A stretch of DNA of 64,000 bases from Batkoa obscura (taxonomy: Eukaryota): positions 558,001-622,000 of the forward strand of contig JASVEC010000002.1 in NCBI GenBank assembly GCA_030770535.1, written 5' to 3'. Within the stretch, counting starts at the first letter, position 1. Every line of letters begins with the position of its first letter. Below are positions 1 through 13,583 of this stretch, one piece after another. The notes below the pieces were generated by a model. The model saw only the letters and a list, made by a program, of their open reading frames with translations. It was not told where the DNA came from and did not search any database. Both the position numbers and the translations under genes were made by a program.

Positions 1-423
1 TACTTCACTTAAGAAATTATTCAAATAAATTTCAAGATTTTTTTATTAATGTTCCACTTATTTTTTTATTTAATTTAGAGTTTATTTTATAATGATATTA
101 CTAATTTATACTGTTTATTATATTTAATGTGCCTATAACAAAATTTCGTTTTTGTATATTTTATATGCGCCTTTATTTTTGATATTTGTTTTAAATACAA
201 TAATTTAAAACAAGATACTATTCTTAACTGAAACTTCTCAAAGTAAATAAACTTTTATAACATTAAAATTGAAACTTCACTTTAATTTTAAATATTATTT
301 AAAATTTTGTTTTTTATGTTTCTAAAAATGTTATAAAAGTAAATTTTTGTTTGATAAGAACATCATAACTTGAAAGAATAAAATTATTTCTAATTTCAAT
401 TTTTTTTATCAGATTCAATATAT

Positions 424-522
424 GGGGATGTATTTTTGTGTTTAAGAGCTTTACTAATAATTTTTCCACTCGAATAGCACTTAAAGGATGGAAAAAGTAA
501 TGAAATTAGAAAAAACATCCCT
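424..522 (+). mobile_element. ~97-bp MITE (Sola2-associated family), copy 1
   Basis: GGGGATGT...ACATCCCT termini, conserved internal sequence, ATAT on both flanks. Confidence 0.85.
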
Positions 523-1347
523 ATATGGAGTATGTTTTTTAGTATTTGATCAACAAAAAAGTTTTAATTTTACAGTGAACGCAAAATGAGTAAAAAAACA
601 AAATAAGAGTGTTTCCAAATGGTTTTTTTTGATAGTTTGTGTTATATTCAGAATTTTAAAGTTTATTTAATTTTGTAATAGAAACATCATTATAAAAAAA
701 ACTCAATCTAATAAATGAAATGCCTGTATATTGAGTAGCATTCATTTCTATTTAGTTTAATTTAGTATATTAATTTTAACTTTTAATAGCTAAATTTTAA
801 GGTTATTAATTAAAATTTAGCTGTGTGTAAGTCAACATTGAAGATTAAAAATATATTTACTTTATTTTGATCATTATTTGATTTTTATTGAACCATTTTA
901 ATATCTCTTTTACCGTCATTTCCTATTACATATATTATTTACTGTCAAACACATGTTTAAAAACTTCTATACTGATCCTTTTGAAATCCTTCTAATAAAA
1001 TCGATAATTTATTACAAACCTACTATTCAACACATTAAAATTATTATTTACAATCAATAATAAATAAAACCCAAGTATTAATATAATAATCTCATTAGTT
1101 TTGATAGACGTTATTTACTAAGTAAATTAATATAAAAACATCAAAATGTTTGTTTTCTTTATAAACTATTAAGTAATATTAAATGAAATTAAAAAACACT
1201 TAGTATTGACATTAATAAATATTATTATTCTTTTGGTTTTGTATTAATAAAATCAATACACCCTCACTATTTTACTTTTAAGATCTTTGAAATGAATAGC
1301 TATTGAGTCTATTTATTTGAAAATTATTAAGAATCTAAATAAAATAT

Positions 1348-1443
1348 GGAAATGTATTTTTGTGTTTAAGAACTTTACTAATAAATTTTCCAGTCATATA
1401 GTGATTAAAGATGGAAAAAGTAATGAAACCAAAAAACATCCCC
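1348..1443 (+). mobile_element. MITE copy 2
   Basis: Same internal sequence, ends ACATCCCC, ATAT/ATAT flanks. Confidence 0.8.
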
Positions 1444-1588
1444 ATATAGGGAAATATAAGAAAAAAACAACCAAAATTTTATTATTTGATAAATAATTTA
1501 TAATAGAAGATAGTGAGAAAAAGAGTGAGTTCCGCTCCTAATTCGCTAATATGTAGTGTAATCTTGTCATCAAAGTGTAACACTGTTT

Positions 1589-2734
1589 TTAAATTGTCAA
1601 AAAATGAGTATATTTCCTTGAATCTGGATGCACACTCATCTCCTTTGATTTAAAATCATTCAACTCCATTTTAATATTCATTGTATTTGCTAGATTTTGT
1701 TCCAAATAATTGACCATTCTACGGTCATATTCTTCCATTGAATAAGTTTCAAAGATAACTACAAATTCATTAAACCGAAATTCTTTCGCACATTTGCTTT
1801 TACCAAGTAAGTTTTTACAATGAGTAGAGATAGTGGAGAGCGGAGTACCATTAGATTTAGTATGCTTTTTAAATTTAAGTTCTTTTTTATCATTATTCAC
1901 TTTTAAACAACCTTTGATATTTTGTTTATCTACTTGAACTGGTACAATTTTCCCATTTTCATTTACAATATAACGATTACCCCCTTTATCTGTAGTTTCA
2001 GATTTTGGTTTTTTTTGATTTTTTAAACTTCCCCCATTCGATTTACCTATACTTTTATTAAATTTATTAGCTTCATTTCTCACATTTACAGAATGAGTTG
2101 ATATATCTGAAACATCTGAAAGATCTAAACTATGTTCTGGTGAAGAGGGTGGAGAATTCAAATTATATCCACCTTTATCATTATTCAATATTGGTTTACT
2201 CCTTCTTAAACTTGGTTTATTATCATTAGTATCAACTACTCTTAATGAACTGTTACTAGTTTGTTCTCTTAATACTTGCTCAACTACTTCTTTAGGTATC
2301 TTGACACTTTCTTTACCATTAGATTTAATACCACCAGATGATTTCACTTCAAAAGTACCCATGGATGGAGACTCTTCGCTTAATATACTGTTGTTATCCT
2401 GTTTACCCGATTTGGGTTCTTTAACTAAACTCTTTAAAAATTTCACTGCTTTACTAAAGGAACCACGACGAAAAGATTCAAATACTGTAGTTGCTTCTTT
2501 AGAATCTAATATACTTATATCATTTGTATCTACAGATGTTAAGTTTGTATCCATTGAGTTATATTTGGCTTCTAGTTCTTGATTGTAAGTAGTTTGTTTT
2601 TCAGATGCCTCAAAGATAGGTGTTATCCATGAAAAGCGTCTTCTTCGAGATTCTAAGTTTTTTGATGAACATGGACCGGTGGTCGTGTACATCTCTCCAA
2701 AACTCTCTCCTCTGGTATCCAGTACTAGAGTCAT
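1589..2734 (-). CDS. Bni4-like PP1-targeting protein (low-complexity N-part, conserved C-terminal domain)
   Basis: 381-aa ORF; C-terminal RFNEFVVIFETYSMEEYDRR...KMELNDFKSKEMSVHPDSRKYTHF resembles the Bni4/phactr-type PP1-binding tail. Confidence 0.7.
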   Translation of the reverse strand: MTLVLDTRGESFGEMYTTTGPCSSKNLESRRRRFSWITPIFEASEKQTTYNQELEAKYNSMDTNLTSVDTNDISILDSKEATTVFESFRRGSFSKAVKFLKSLVKEPKSGKQDNNSILSEESPSMGTFEVKSSGGIKSNGKESVKIPKEVVEQVLREQTSNSSLRVVDTNDNKPSLRRSKPILNNDKGGYNLNSPPSSPEHSLDLSDVSDISTHSVNVRNEANKFNKSIGKSNGGSLKNQKKPKSETTDKGGNRYIVNENGKIVPVQVDKQNIKGCLKVNNDKKELKFKKHTKSNGTPLSTISTHCKNLLGKSKCAKEFRFNEFVVIFETYSMEEYDRRMVNYLEQNLANTMNIKMELNDFKSKEMSVHPDSRKYTHFLTI

Positions 2735-4638
2735 TGTTATATATTATCACTACTTAGGTTGGTAAATAAATAAAGCTACTATATCTATTGTTTTGTTCAC
2801 TGTACCTCTATAATAAGAGTTTATTATAAGAGATAATAAATTAATATTAAATTAAAAGAGAGAAAGAAAGAATTCAATTAAAATTTTAAAGTATTAAAAA
2901 TAAAAGAATTAGAAAGAATGTAAAAATGAAGTATTTATTATAAATAATAATTTATTATTAGAATAATTAATTTTTAATAAACATTTTTAGCTTCAAGATG
3001 AGTTTTATGTAGGGTGGATATCCTTAGTTTAATAAAAAATTAGTTAAAGTTAAGCCTTGATATCAATTTTGACTTCTTTTAGTAAAACCTTTGGCTTTTA
3101 GTTAGTTTGAAACCTTATTTTTAGACGCTTTTTTAACTAACTTACTTTGAAAGCAATAAATTAGTTTTTTAAGTCAAACTCACAGAGGTTTTTATTCTTC
3201 AAATTCAACTATTTAGGCTTAATCAATAATTTTTTCTTTTTTAGTTAAATAATAATAATCTAATATAATAATTTTTTTAATCATTTATTAGATCATTTTA
3301 TTTTAAATTTTATAAATAATAATAATGAAAAAATGAAAAAAAAAACAATAGTTTATATATTTGAACTTATTTACTAGCTCAAGCTAAACGTTGTTTGATT
3401 TTAAAGTTTAAGCATCTTACAATGTTTATTCTTATAAGAAATTTCAAACTAAAACTATGATAAACCTTTTTTATAAATCATTCAAATCAAGTACCCGCTA
3501 TTTTTTTAAAATTATCTAAAAATGAGAGCAATTATTTTTGTAATTATATTAAAATTATCTAATAGTGGCTAAACTCTAGTTTTTTACTTTTTGTAGATCT
3601 TTAGTATGAAGTTAATGTCAAAAAAAATCATTTTAAACTAAGATCTGTGATTTTTTCTGTTTTACCTCATAATCGTATTTTATTTATTTATTGGTAGGTT
3701 AACTTTACGCCTACATTCATATTCGATTTAACTTGAAATCTGTTAGCTCAAACTTAGAGCTCTCATTTTGTTTTTTTGCTGAATAGAATTAAGAATTAGA
3801 TTCGAGTTGTTGATATTAATGATTACTATGAAGACTTTTTAATTGCATAAATTTATCAACAACTTCAGTAATAATAACATTATAAGGATGCTGTAATTTT
3901 TTTTAAAATTGATAAGTATATGACTACAGTAATAAAAATTTTACTGTAAATAAATTGATCTTTTTACATAAAACAAAGTGCTAATGAATAAAGTTTCAAT
4001 ATTAAATATCTAAAAAATAGAAACTAATGTTATAGTTAATAAAGTACTTTTTTAATAGAATTTTAGTCATTAATATATTTACTAACTTAATAAGTCTCAT
4101 TTGAATTCGATTTATTTTGACTATTATAATTATTTAAAAAAAGCTCAGTTGAAGAAACAAATCAAATTGAGTATCTCCCTACTGATCGTTTGATTAATTT
4201 AATCTCTCTCTTACATCTCGTCTGTATCGTCGCACAATTGACTCTAACTCTTTTAACTTTTGCTTAATTCCTTCTTACTTTTAATGACAAAACACTTGGG
4301 ATTTCTATCCTTTCAAGATTTAAAAAAAAAAGGAAAATAAATACAATATTTTTAACAATAAATAAATCAAATAAACAAAGTATTATTGCAATGAAGATTA
4401 AAAACTACTATGGCTAAGACTATAATGATATCTCTTATAAATTTCATATTGTTTGTTTTTGATTTATTAATTGTTAAAGATATCTTATTTCAGTTTATTC
4501 AGCTTTTTTTCTTACTATAGCCATGATAAGTTGAAAACAAGATGTCTAACACAGATAAGGTATGAATTTTATACTTTAATAGCTATTAGAAAAAACTATT
4601 GATATACGAATTTCCGATTACTATAAAAAGTAACAAAT

Positions 4639-4731
4639 AGGATGTTTTTTTTATTTCACTTTTTCTGTTTTTCTGAGCACTATTTAAGTGGAAAATTTAT
4701 TAATAAAATTCAAACAAAAAAATACATTCCT
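4639..4731 (-). mobile_element. MITE copy 3 (degenerate)
   Basis: Reverse-oriented family sequence, AAAT/AAAT flanks. Confidence 0.7.
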
Positions 4732-4799
4732 AAATAATAATAAATAGTAAATAAAAACTAGAATAAAATATATTTTCAAATGAACTTTTTATCAAACTT

Positions 4800-6890
4800 T
4801 TACTTCAATCTTTTACAAGGCTTTACTACAAATCTTTCATTAATTTCCCATCGTTGACTGTCTTTCAATACCTCCATACTTTCATCTAATATTTCATCTT
4901 CCTCTTCTTCCACCAACGTCATATCTGAATTGAAAGTATCCTTTCTTCCTGGAACTACAAACTCTTCTTCTCCTTCTTCTTCCATCATTGGTGGTGGAGG
5001 TACAATCATATTATCAATAAATTGATTTAATAATAATTTAGGATGAGAATCAATACTTAAAGATTTATTATGTTGCTGATAGTTGTTATTTATCTTAGGC
5101 AATTTCCCATAATCATTATTAAAGTAATAATCATTTTCAAATGCATCTAAAGTAATATCTCGTCTCTTTTTATCATTAGATTCATAGATATCATAAGATT
5201 GACTGCGGAGATGACAGGAAGATTTAGAATGTATAGTAGGAAGAGTAGGAAGATTAGTTGATATTAGATCAGATTTCATATCTTCAATTGAAATTGTAGC
5301 CAATTTTTGTTGAATTAGTTGATATTTTGGTCTTATTGGTGGTGATGGTAGTTCATTAAGTAATTTATCACAATCTATAACATAATTATCTAAACTTTTT
5401 GTTTTACGATGATTTGATTTTATTGTACAATTAGAGGAATTGTTACGCCATGGCAAATGATTTATACTCTTTGTTTGTATGTGTTTTGAAGTAGAGGGAT
5501 TAGGTGATGGATAAGTATTAAATCGTAACTTTTGATCTTTTATTTCAATTGATTTTGATTTGCGTAATATTTGTGATATTGGTAGTTCCTCAGATGGCAT
5601 AATATTGATAACTGTTATAGAATCATCTTCTAATTGTTTATTTAAATTAATATCACTATTATTATTTTGACTATTATTATTATTTTGACTATTATTATTA
5701 TTATTATTATTAAATTGATTTAATAAAAAATGATAAGATTGATAATAATAGTTAATAAATTCTAAATTAGTAGTCGGAGTATCAATATCTCTTTCGTAAA
5801 TTGAATAACAATTATTATTATTTAATAAAGAATCTAATAATACTTTTTCTTGTTTTAATTGATCTTGAGTTATATTATTTAATAAATTATTATAATGTAA
5901 TAAATCAATTGTTAATTGTTGTTTTAACTTAATATTATTTTTTAATTTAATTAAAATATTTATTTTATATTCTATTTTATATCGATCAGTTAAAACACTA
6001 CTTTCATTACTAGGTAAATTAAACAATAATATATAATAACTAATATCTTGTTGATTATTTTTGTTAATAACTCTTATATTTTTGTATGTTTTTTCCGATA
6101 TTATGGATTGATGTATTAATTTATTTTGTATACTTAATTGTTTAATTAATAGAATGTCGATACTATTTATATTTTGATTTCTTAAATTTCTTAATTCAAA
6201 ATTAATAGTCATCATTTGTCCACTTAAATAATTAGTTTGTAGTTTAGTTGTTAAGTATATAACATTCTTATTCTTTTGATTATTGTCAAATGTGGTATAA
6301 TGTTCTTTAATTGTTGATAATATATTTGATTTCATATAAATAATAATTGGTAATTGACATTTAAATTTCATTAATTTATTATTATATTTGACTTCTAATT
6401 TACTATAATAAAGTATGTTAGTTTAAATAATAATAATATAATGTAATATTATTGCTTACCATTTTAAATAATAGTTAATTTTTAAATACTTATCAAAATT
6501 CAAATCATTAAATGAAGGTATTAAATTCTTAGATAAAAAAAAATTAAAATTTAGTTTGTATTTTTCGATTTTGCCAATATAATCGCCATCTTCATCGATT
6601 GTTAATAATTCATTAAATTCTTCAAATAAATCTAAATTGTTTTTAATTATTACTTTTCTCTTATTCAATCCTTTAGTTTCTACACAATAGAATAGAATAA
6701 TATTAGTATGAATATTCAATAATATAGTATTAATTATTAATTTACCTTCATAGCCAACAAATTGAATTTTTAAATCAATTAATTTCCAATCATTATTTAA
6801 TGAATTTAATATTAATTGGCCATTAATATGCTGTAATTGACAATAACTTTCTTCTTTTAAAAATATACTTGGTATTATGGATAATTTCAT
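4800..6890 (-). CDS. Arrestin-domain protein with long disordered C-terminus (spliced)
   Basis: ORFs 6456-6890 and 4800-6371 joined by a GT-AG intron; INGQLILN..LKIQFVGYE..FNFFL..LIPSF..INYYLKC and YKIEYKINI follow the arrestin N/C strand pattern. Confidence 0.6.
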
Positions 6891-7312
6891 TGAATATCGT
6901 ATATAAACCTAAACTGTTACTATTGCTACTATTTAGTTGAAGTATAAGAATGAAATGAAAATGAAGAGAATGATAATGATATTGGTAGCAAAATATCGAT
7001 GAAAAAGAATGAAAAAATATATATGCAAATGTGAAAATGAATCTTGTTTTTAAAATTAAAAATTATAAATGACAGATAGTTATATTGTTTTTATATATTT
7101 TAAATTTTTCTATTGAATTTTTAATCTATTTGAGTTAAAATTGCTTGAATTTTTATATTAACCAAATTTAGCTAATTTATTAGAAAAATTTCATAATTTC
7201 ACTATTTTCTATAAATAAAATTTATAATAATTACAATATTATATCACTACTAATTGATACTTAATTCAAAAATAAAGAACAAGAACCGAGTGTAAGTGTA
7301 ACTCAAATACTA

Positions 7313-7383
7313 TGTCATTGGGGGGAATCGAACCCCCGCTATCGCGGCCACAACGCGGTGTACTACCACTATACTACAATGAC
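7313..7383 (-). tRNA. tRNA-His (GTG)
   Basis: Reverse complement GTCATTGTAGTATAGTGGTAGTACACCGCGTTGTGGCCGCGATAGCGGGGGTTCGATTCCCCCCAATGACA folds as a cloverleaf with anticodon GTG. Confidence 0.95.
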
Positions 7384-7523
7384 TTTAACTTTAATTATAT
7401 CATTCCATTCTAAAAAATATATATATTGTCAACCTTTCAATATTATAATATAAAATAAGAAATAAGAAATAAAAAATGCTTACGTTACATTGAGATTGTT
7501 TTGCTTTTATCTTATTCTTTAAA

Positions 7524-8552
7524 ATGATATCTTCAATTGAATTAGCAACTAACTATGTTTGGAAAAGATATTTAAAATTTAAGAGTAAAGTAAGTGGCTT
7601 TTGTATTATATTGTCGATTTTTATTGAATTCGTAACAGAATGCCTGCAAACTACCAATGTTAATAGGCATCTCCGGTTTACAAGGTTCAGGTAAATTGAA
7701 AACAAACTTCAGCTTCTATTCAATTTAATAATATTTTATTTTAATTTATTAAATACTTAATACATAGGTAAATCCACCATCACAAAAAACCTATACACCT
7801 GTTTAACTGCATCTCCCTATAATCTCAAAACCGCTATTTTATCCTTAGATGATTTCTATCTCACGTATAACGATCAACTTCAATTATCAAAATCCCTTCC
7901 CATATCTAAATTGTTTGAATTTAGAGGTAATCCAGGCACTCATGATTTAGATCTATTATATGATACACTAGAAAAGTTATCAATGAAAGAAGAGAACACA
8001 GTAAAAGTACCTTTGTATAATAAATATTTGCATCAAGGCAAAGGGGATCGAGTAGCAAAAGAAGAGTGGATGGAATTTAAAACACCGGTGGATTTAATAT
8101 TAATTGAAGGGTGGATGTTAGGGTTTAAGGGGAGGGAAGTAGAGGAAGTTGAAAATATAATAAAAAATCAAAAAGGAGATGAAGTGTTATTAAATCAATT
8201 AAAAACAGGATATAACTCAGCTGAATATCGAAAGTATCAATTAGAAGAATTAATTCAATTAAATACTAATTTAAATGGATATCAAAAACTATTTCATCAA
8301 ATAGATGATTTTATTGTATTAAAAGGAAAAAAATTAGAATTTGTTTTTGATTGGAGAGAACAACAGGAGAGAAACGGAGAGAAAAAGAAAGAGGATGGCT
8401 TAAATAAGGACCAAGTTAGGCAATTTGTACAGAGATTTCTACCAGCATACGAATTATATTTAAATGACTTTTATGATAAAGTTAAACCCGCATTAGTGCT
8501 GGAATTGGATGAGAATAGGAATGTAAGTTTGAATGAAGAAAGGGAGGAGTAA
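7524..8552 (+). CDS. Tda10 / D-glycerate 3-kinase-like P-loop kinase (3 exons)
   Basis: Spliced GISGLQGSGKST Walker A, LSLDDFYL, RGNPGTHD, LILIEGWMLGF, WREQQE motifs. Confidence 0.85.
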
Positions 8553-10584
8553 TTTATGAATGAAATAAGTTATTAAATATTAAAAAAAGGTTCTTAATTA
8601 TTACGGTTTGTTATTGTTTTTAATACTTTTTAATGGAGTTTAGTTGTACTTGATTATTTTATAGATTGAAAATTAGCTTTATAGGTTAAAAAGGTGGCTT
8701 TTAGATAAGATAAATAAAATTAATATCAATAAGTAGTCCTTGTTGTTGAACTGTTTGCTATTCAATTGATAGTGGCTATTTTACAAACAAAGATTGTATT
8801 TTGTTAGACTCTTAATAAATTAATGGAATAAAAAATAGTATGATACTTGTAAAGTACCATTAAAAATCGATCCATACTATTAATTTGGTAGTTATGTTAT
8901 TGTATGAGACTTAATTTAATTGATAAAAACAATTTGTAATAATTAAATAGATTGTTTGTGTTATTATGTTAATCTATTTGTATTATTAAAAAGGTAGTAT
9001 CGTAAACATATCCTCATAATTTAATTTTTTTATATCAAATCAAGTGTGTCCAAAAGTTAATAACATTCAAAGGATTAAAATACGATGATGGTCAGGTCAA
9101 GGATGTTAATAAAAGCCTCAATTGAAAAAATAAGCAACAAGTTTAGATAGTTTGGAAAACTAGTTTAAATTCAAACATAAAGGGGATAATGATTAGTTGA
9201 ATTATTATGTAACATTTGAAAATAGACTAAATTTGACTTTATGGCTTATAAATAGGTATAGCAGACAAATTTTATTAAACTTTTTAATAAAAAACTGAAA
9301 TATTTATAGTCATATTGTTACATTTAAAGTTGGTCCATGAGTTTTTTTTGCTGATAATGATAATAGTGCCTCTAGTGATATATAACAAAACAATAAATAT
9401 ACTTAAACAAATACTATTTAATTAAAGAAATTAAATAACAAACTTTTTAATAAATGACAAAAGAGGATTTAAATTCTAACAGTAATAATAATGAACTTCA
9501 AGTAATTGCACCAGATGAAATAAAAATGATCAACCTGAATACAAAATCAACCAACTGTTTTAGAAATGGATTCTAATAAAACAAACTCAGGACCTGATAG
9601 TAAACATAATCATTTATATGATATTAATAATACTACTTGTATTTTTTTTTACAATCCCTATACTCTTATTGATAATAATGACTGCTGTACCAATTACTGT
9701 ATTGATGATGGTTGATATAGAAATAGCAGATATAATACTTGAGGGGATCCTTATGAGAATGGTTGTACATGAGGTAACAATAATGGAAGTGATTGTGTCT
9801 GTTTTAGCTCAGATACTTAATTTAATAAATATTATTTACATGAATATAGTGGAAAATTTGCTCTATTCTATGGATACTCTTTGATCCAAGTAAAAAAATG
9901 CTTTTCGTTATATACAATAAAATTAAATAATAATACTTATTTAAGAGAATCAGGAAATAAGGCTTAAGAAAATGTTTTCTATTAACTTCATTTCAATTAA
10001 CAAAAATTAACAAGTCTGATATCATTACATTAGGTATAAAATGTCTACATACTTAAAAATTCAATTCAAAACGATTTGAACAAAGTGCGCTAAATACGAG
10101 ATTAACAACGACCTTTTGAATCATTATGTGTGAAAAATAAAAATCAGATTCAATATAACATAAAGTCATTTATATTGACAATAGCTCTAATTTATAAATT
10201 ATTAACTCTTAATCATTAATTGAAATTGGATCAAATAGAAAGAATTTTTTAAATTTTGAACTCCAAAATAGTGTATTTATAAATTAGATCTAAATAGTTA
10301 TTTTTTGCTTTTTAATATTCAAAACTAATTCTATATAAGTGATCAATTCTTGTCAGCTGTATAATCAACCCAAAATCCAACCACCCGTGATACCTTTATA
10401 CAGCACTACTTCAAAACATTTAAGCATTAATTATAAGGTAAAATGATCGAAAGATTAAACCTAGTAAAGTACTTTCTAATTTTTTAATAAAGAAAACTAA
10501 TTTGATATTGAAATTTGGTCTCATATCTTGGTTGTATAATTAACTTGAATTTTGGCTAATTTGAGTAAAATTAAATGTCTAAAT

Positions 10585-10682
10585 GGGAGTGTTTTTTTAA
10601 TTTCATTTTTTTTTTCATTTTTTAAGCGCTATTTAAGCGGAAAATTTGTTAGTGAAATTCTTAAACACAAAAATACATCCCC
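10585..10682 (-). mobile_element. MITE copy 4
   Basis: GGGAGTGT...ACATCCCC, non-palindromic AAAT/AAAT 4-bp TSD. Confidence 0.9.
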
Positions 10683-11573
10683 AAATCCTGGATTAATTAA
10701 ATGAAAGGTTGGAACAAAAATAAAGTTATCAAGCATTCATTATTGTGTAAAATCCCACTAACTAAATGGTTAAAATTTTCTATGATTCGCTATTTGAAAC
10801 TATAACTGTTGCAACTCTTTGGCGACTTTTTTAGTGATAATTTTTATAAGTAAATTATAAATATAGCCAATTTTTTAGAAACTGTTCCTTATTTCTATCT
10901 AAAGTTTAGCATAATTTTTTTCTTAAATCGCCAGTTAATTAGATTATAAAAGAGTTATAATAGCTATAATTTTCGAACCAATAAGAGACTGTTATGCTTG
11001 ATATTTGTACACCTTTTATACCATTTGATTAAAGAATCTATTAGCTGAATTTTATAAAAAGGATAGTCATTTGAGATATTTGCATTTTATTAACATAGCC
11101 TTATCACCATTATACTATTCAAGTGACAAAAAGGTATTTAATCTCCCATCAACGCTATTGAAATCTACAAATAGTTTTAGAACTTTAAACGGGTCTATCA
11201 TTAATAATAGATACAAAACTAGCACTTCATTAATATAATGGTTATAGCTTCAATTACTGTTAGTTAAACTTAATTATTAGGTAATATTGTTCTTGTTTAT
11301 ACAAAGCATTTAAGACTAGATATTAAAATTATATATTAAACTTTTTAAGATAGTACAGTCACTTATAATATATTAACCTTGAAGCTGATGTTTAATAATT
11401 AAATAATTATGATAAAATTGTAGTCAAAATTGATAGCCTCAGTGGTTTTAATTTATAACTAAAAGCTGATTAAAATCAACCTTATTGTCAGTGAGTTATT
11501 TGATATTATATAACTTAGTGAATTATTTTACTGATAATTTTAATAAAATAAAGGCCTTCAATATTTAAAATAT

Positions 11574-11667
11574 GGGGATGTGTTTTATAAGAATTTCAAT
11601 GATGGCTTTTCCACTCAAATATCGCGTAAAAGATGTAAAAAGTGATGAAGCCAAAAAAAACATCCCC
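11574..11667 (+). mobile_element. MITE copy 5
   Basis: GGGGATGT...ACATCCCC, ATAT/ATAT. Confidence 0.85.
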
Positions 11668-12797
11668 ATATAATTAAATTTGTTTTAATATAATGATTAT
11701 ATCATTACTATTGTAAACTTACTTTAAAATTTAAGTAGAATATACAGATTGATCACTCTATACAGTGTTATTGATTAGTATACATTAATTGATTTAATAT
11801 GATTCAAAATACATACAAAAAGCATTATTTATGCTAATAGGCACACTATTTTCAACCTAACTTTACTAGTTTTTTAATTTCCCCGAAGATTAGCAAAAAT
11901 AGAGTTTAAACATGTTTAAAGATACTATCACTCACGCTGTCTATACTTACAGCATACATATTGGATTAAGATCTCAGGTATTTCAAACAATACATTGTTG
12001 AGCAAGTGATGGGCTTGATGGGTTCTAAAACATATTTAATGCCTCTAATTAAAGATCAGCTATAAAAAGGTTTTCATGGAATAAATAAAGTATTTCTATT
12101 TAAGAAAGATATTTAGACATGATGAACACCTTAATCTATCTATACTAATTTACCCTTATTATGTTATTTTGAACTGTGATTTTTTTTGATTAGTTTGATT
12201 TTTAAAATTAGCCTTTTAGGTGTCAAATTATTTTAAAAAAAGGGCTGATTAGACTTAAATTTTTTGGCCAATTAAGCCCAAATTACATGAGTACCACCTG
12301 TCCATGATTCTTGAGGGTAAAATATCATTTAACAACATAAATATTAGAAAAACGTATTTTTAGAAAAATTAAACCAAGTTGTTTTAAATTCTAATTTTAG
12401 ATTTATTTTAGCAAGGTTAGGGTTTTAATTTGAAGTTATTTTTATTAAAGCTTATTTTTTAATTTGATATTTATTTTATTACAAGTTAATTTTTTGAAAT
12501 GAATTTTTAATCCTTAAACTAGCATTCAGCTTTATTAATTTTAATATTAAAAATAAAACTGCATTTATCAAAAATCAAAATTATAAATCAACTTGAATTA
12601 CTATAAATTTAAAATATATATCTCATTTAACAAAGTAAAAACCTACATAATCAAAATAACTTGCAAAAATCGTTTTTTATAATACAACTTACAAAGTTTG
12701 ATATTTTAACTTTTGAAACAAAGAATAGCTAAAGGTGTGTATAAAACACATATACATACATAATAAATAAAATAAATAAATCTTGATTTCCAATTCT

Positions 12798-13583
12798 TCA
12801 ACTTGGAGTAGACATATAGGAGGGGATAGCTTCCAGAGGATGTGGAGTACTTAAAAGATCATTCACACCTAAAGTGACGTTTGAATAGATACTTGCTGCA
12901 TCTTTGGAATTTTTACGGAAAAAGTTTCTAATAGAACGTACCCTATCTCCATTGGTTTTATTACTAAATAAAACATCTGGTAAACTTCTTCTTCTCGTCC
13001 TAACTTTAGGACCTTCTTCTACCTTTGGTGTTGATGGCTCCACCTCTTCATTATCTCCAAGTATAAATGTTGACTGACAATTTTTCATTGGTATTGACAT
13101 TACAACAGTATTATTAGTAGATGCAATACTGATATATTGATGTAACAGCATTGCTACTGCAAAGTTGCCTTTAGCTAAAGCAATAGATAAAGGCGTAGAT
13201 CCATACTTATCCACTGAATTGGGATTTGCACCCTTACTGATCAAAAGCTCAACCAACTCTACACTACCATTAGCAGCCGCAAAGTGTAAAGGAGTTAGAC
13301 CTACTTCCTCATGACTTTTTGGAGTTAATAAGCTTCCTGAATATCTTCTCGATCTCCTTCTTGCATTGACGTCACTTCCCCTTTCAATTAGATATTCTAC
13401 TACTTGCAAATTACCACCACTACAAGCGGCATGGATTGGAAATAATCCATTAACAATGGAATCAATTGGTTGACCATTATCCAAAGCATATTTGACCCAA
13501 CCTATGTTACCTGAGATAGCACCAAGGTGTAAACCTAAGTTGACTGTTGAGCGCGGTTTAAACGTTTTTAATATTAAAGTCAT
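12798..13583 (-). CDS. Ankyrin-repeat protein
   Basis: Repeats GLHLGAISG, PIHAACSGGN, TPLHFAAANG, TPLSIALAKG. Confidence 0.9.
   Translation of the reverse strand: MTLILKTFKPRSTVNLGLHLGAISGNIGWVKYALDNGQPIDSIVNGLFPIHAACSGGNLQVVEYLIERGSDVNARRRSRRYSGSLLTPKSHEEVGLTPLHFAAANGSVELVELLISKGANPNSVDKYGSTPLSIALAKGNFAVAMLLHQYISIASTNNTVVMSIPMKNCQSTFILGDNEEVEPSTPKVEEGPKVRTRRRSLPDVLFSNKTNGDRVRSIRNFFRKNSKDAASIYSNVTLGVNDLLSTPHPLEAIPSYMSTPS

Noticed and set aside
2301..2582. 93-aa + strand ORF
   Set aside because: Antisense shadow of the Bni4-like gene
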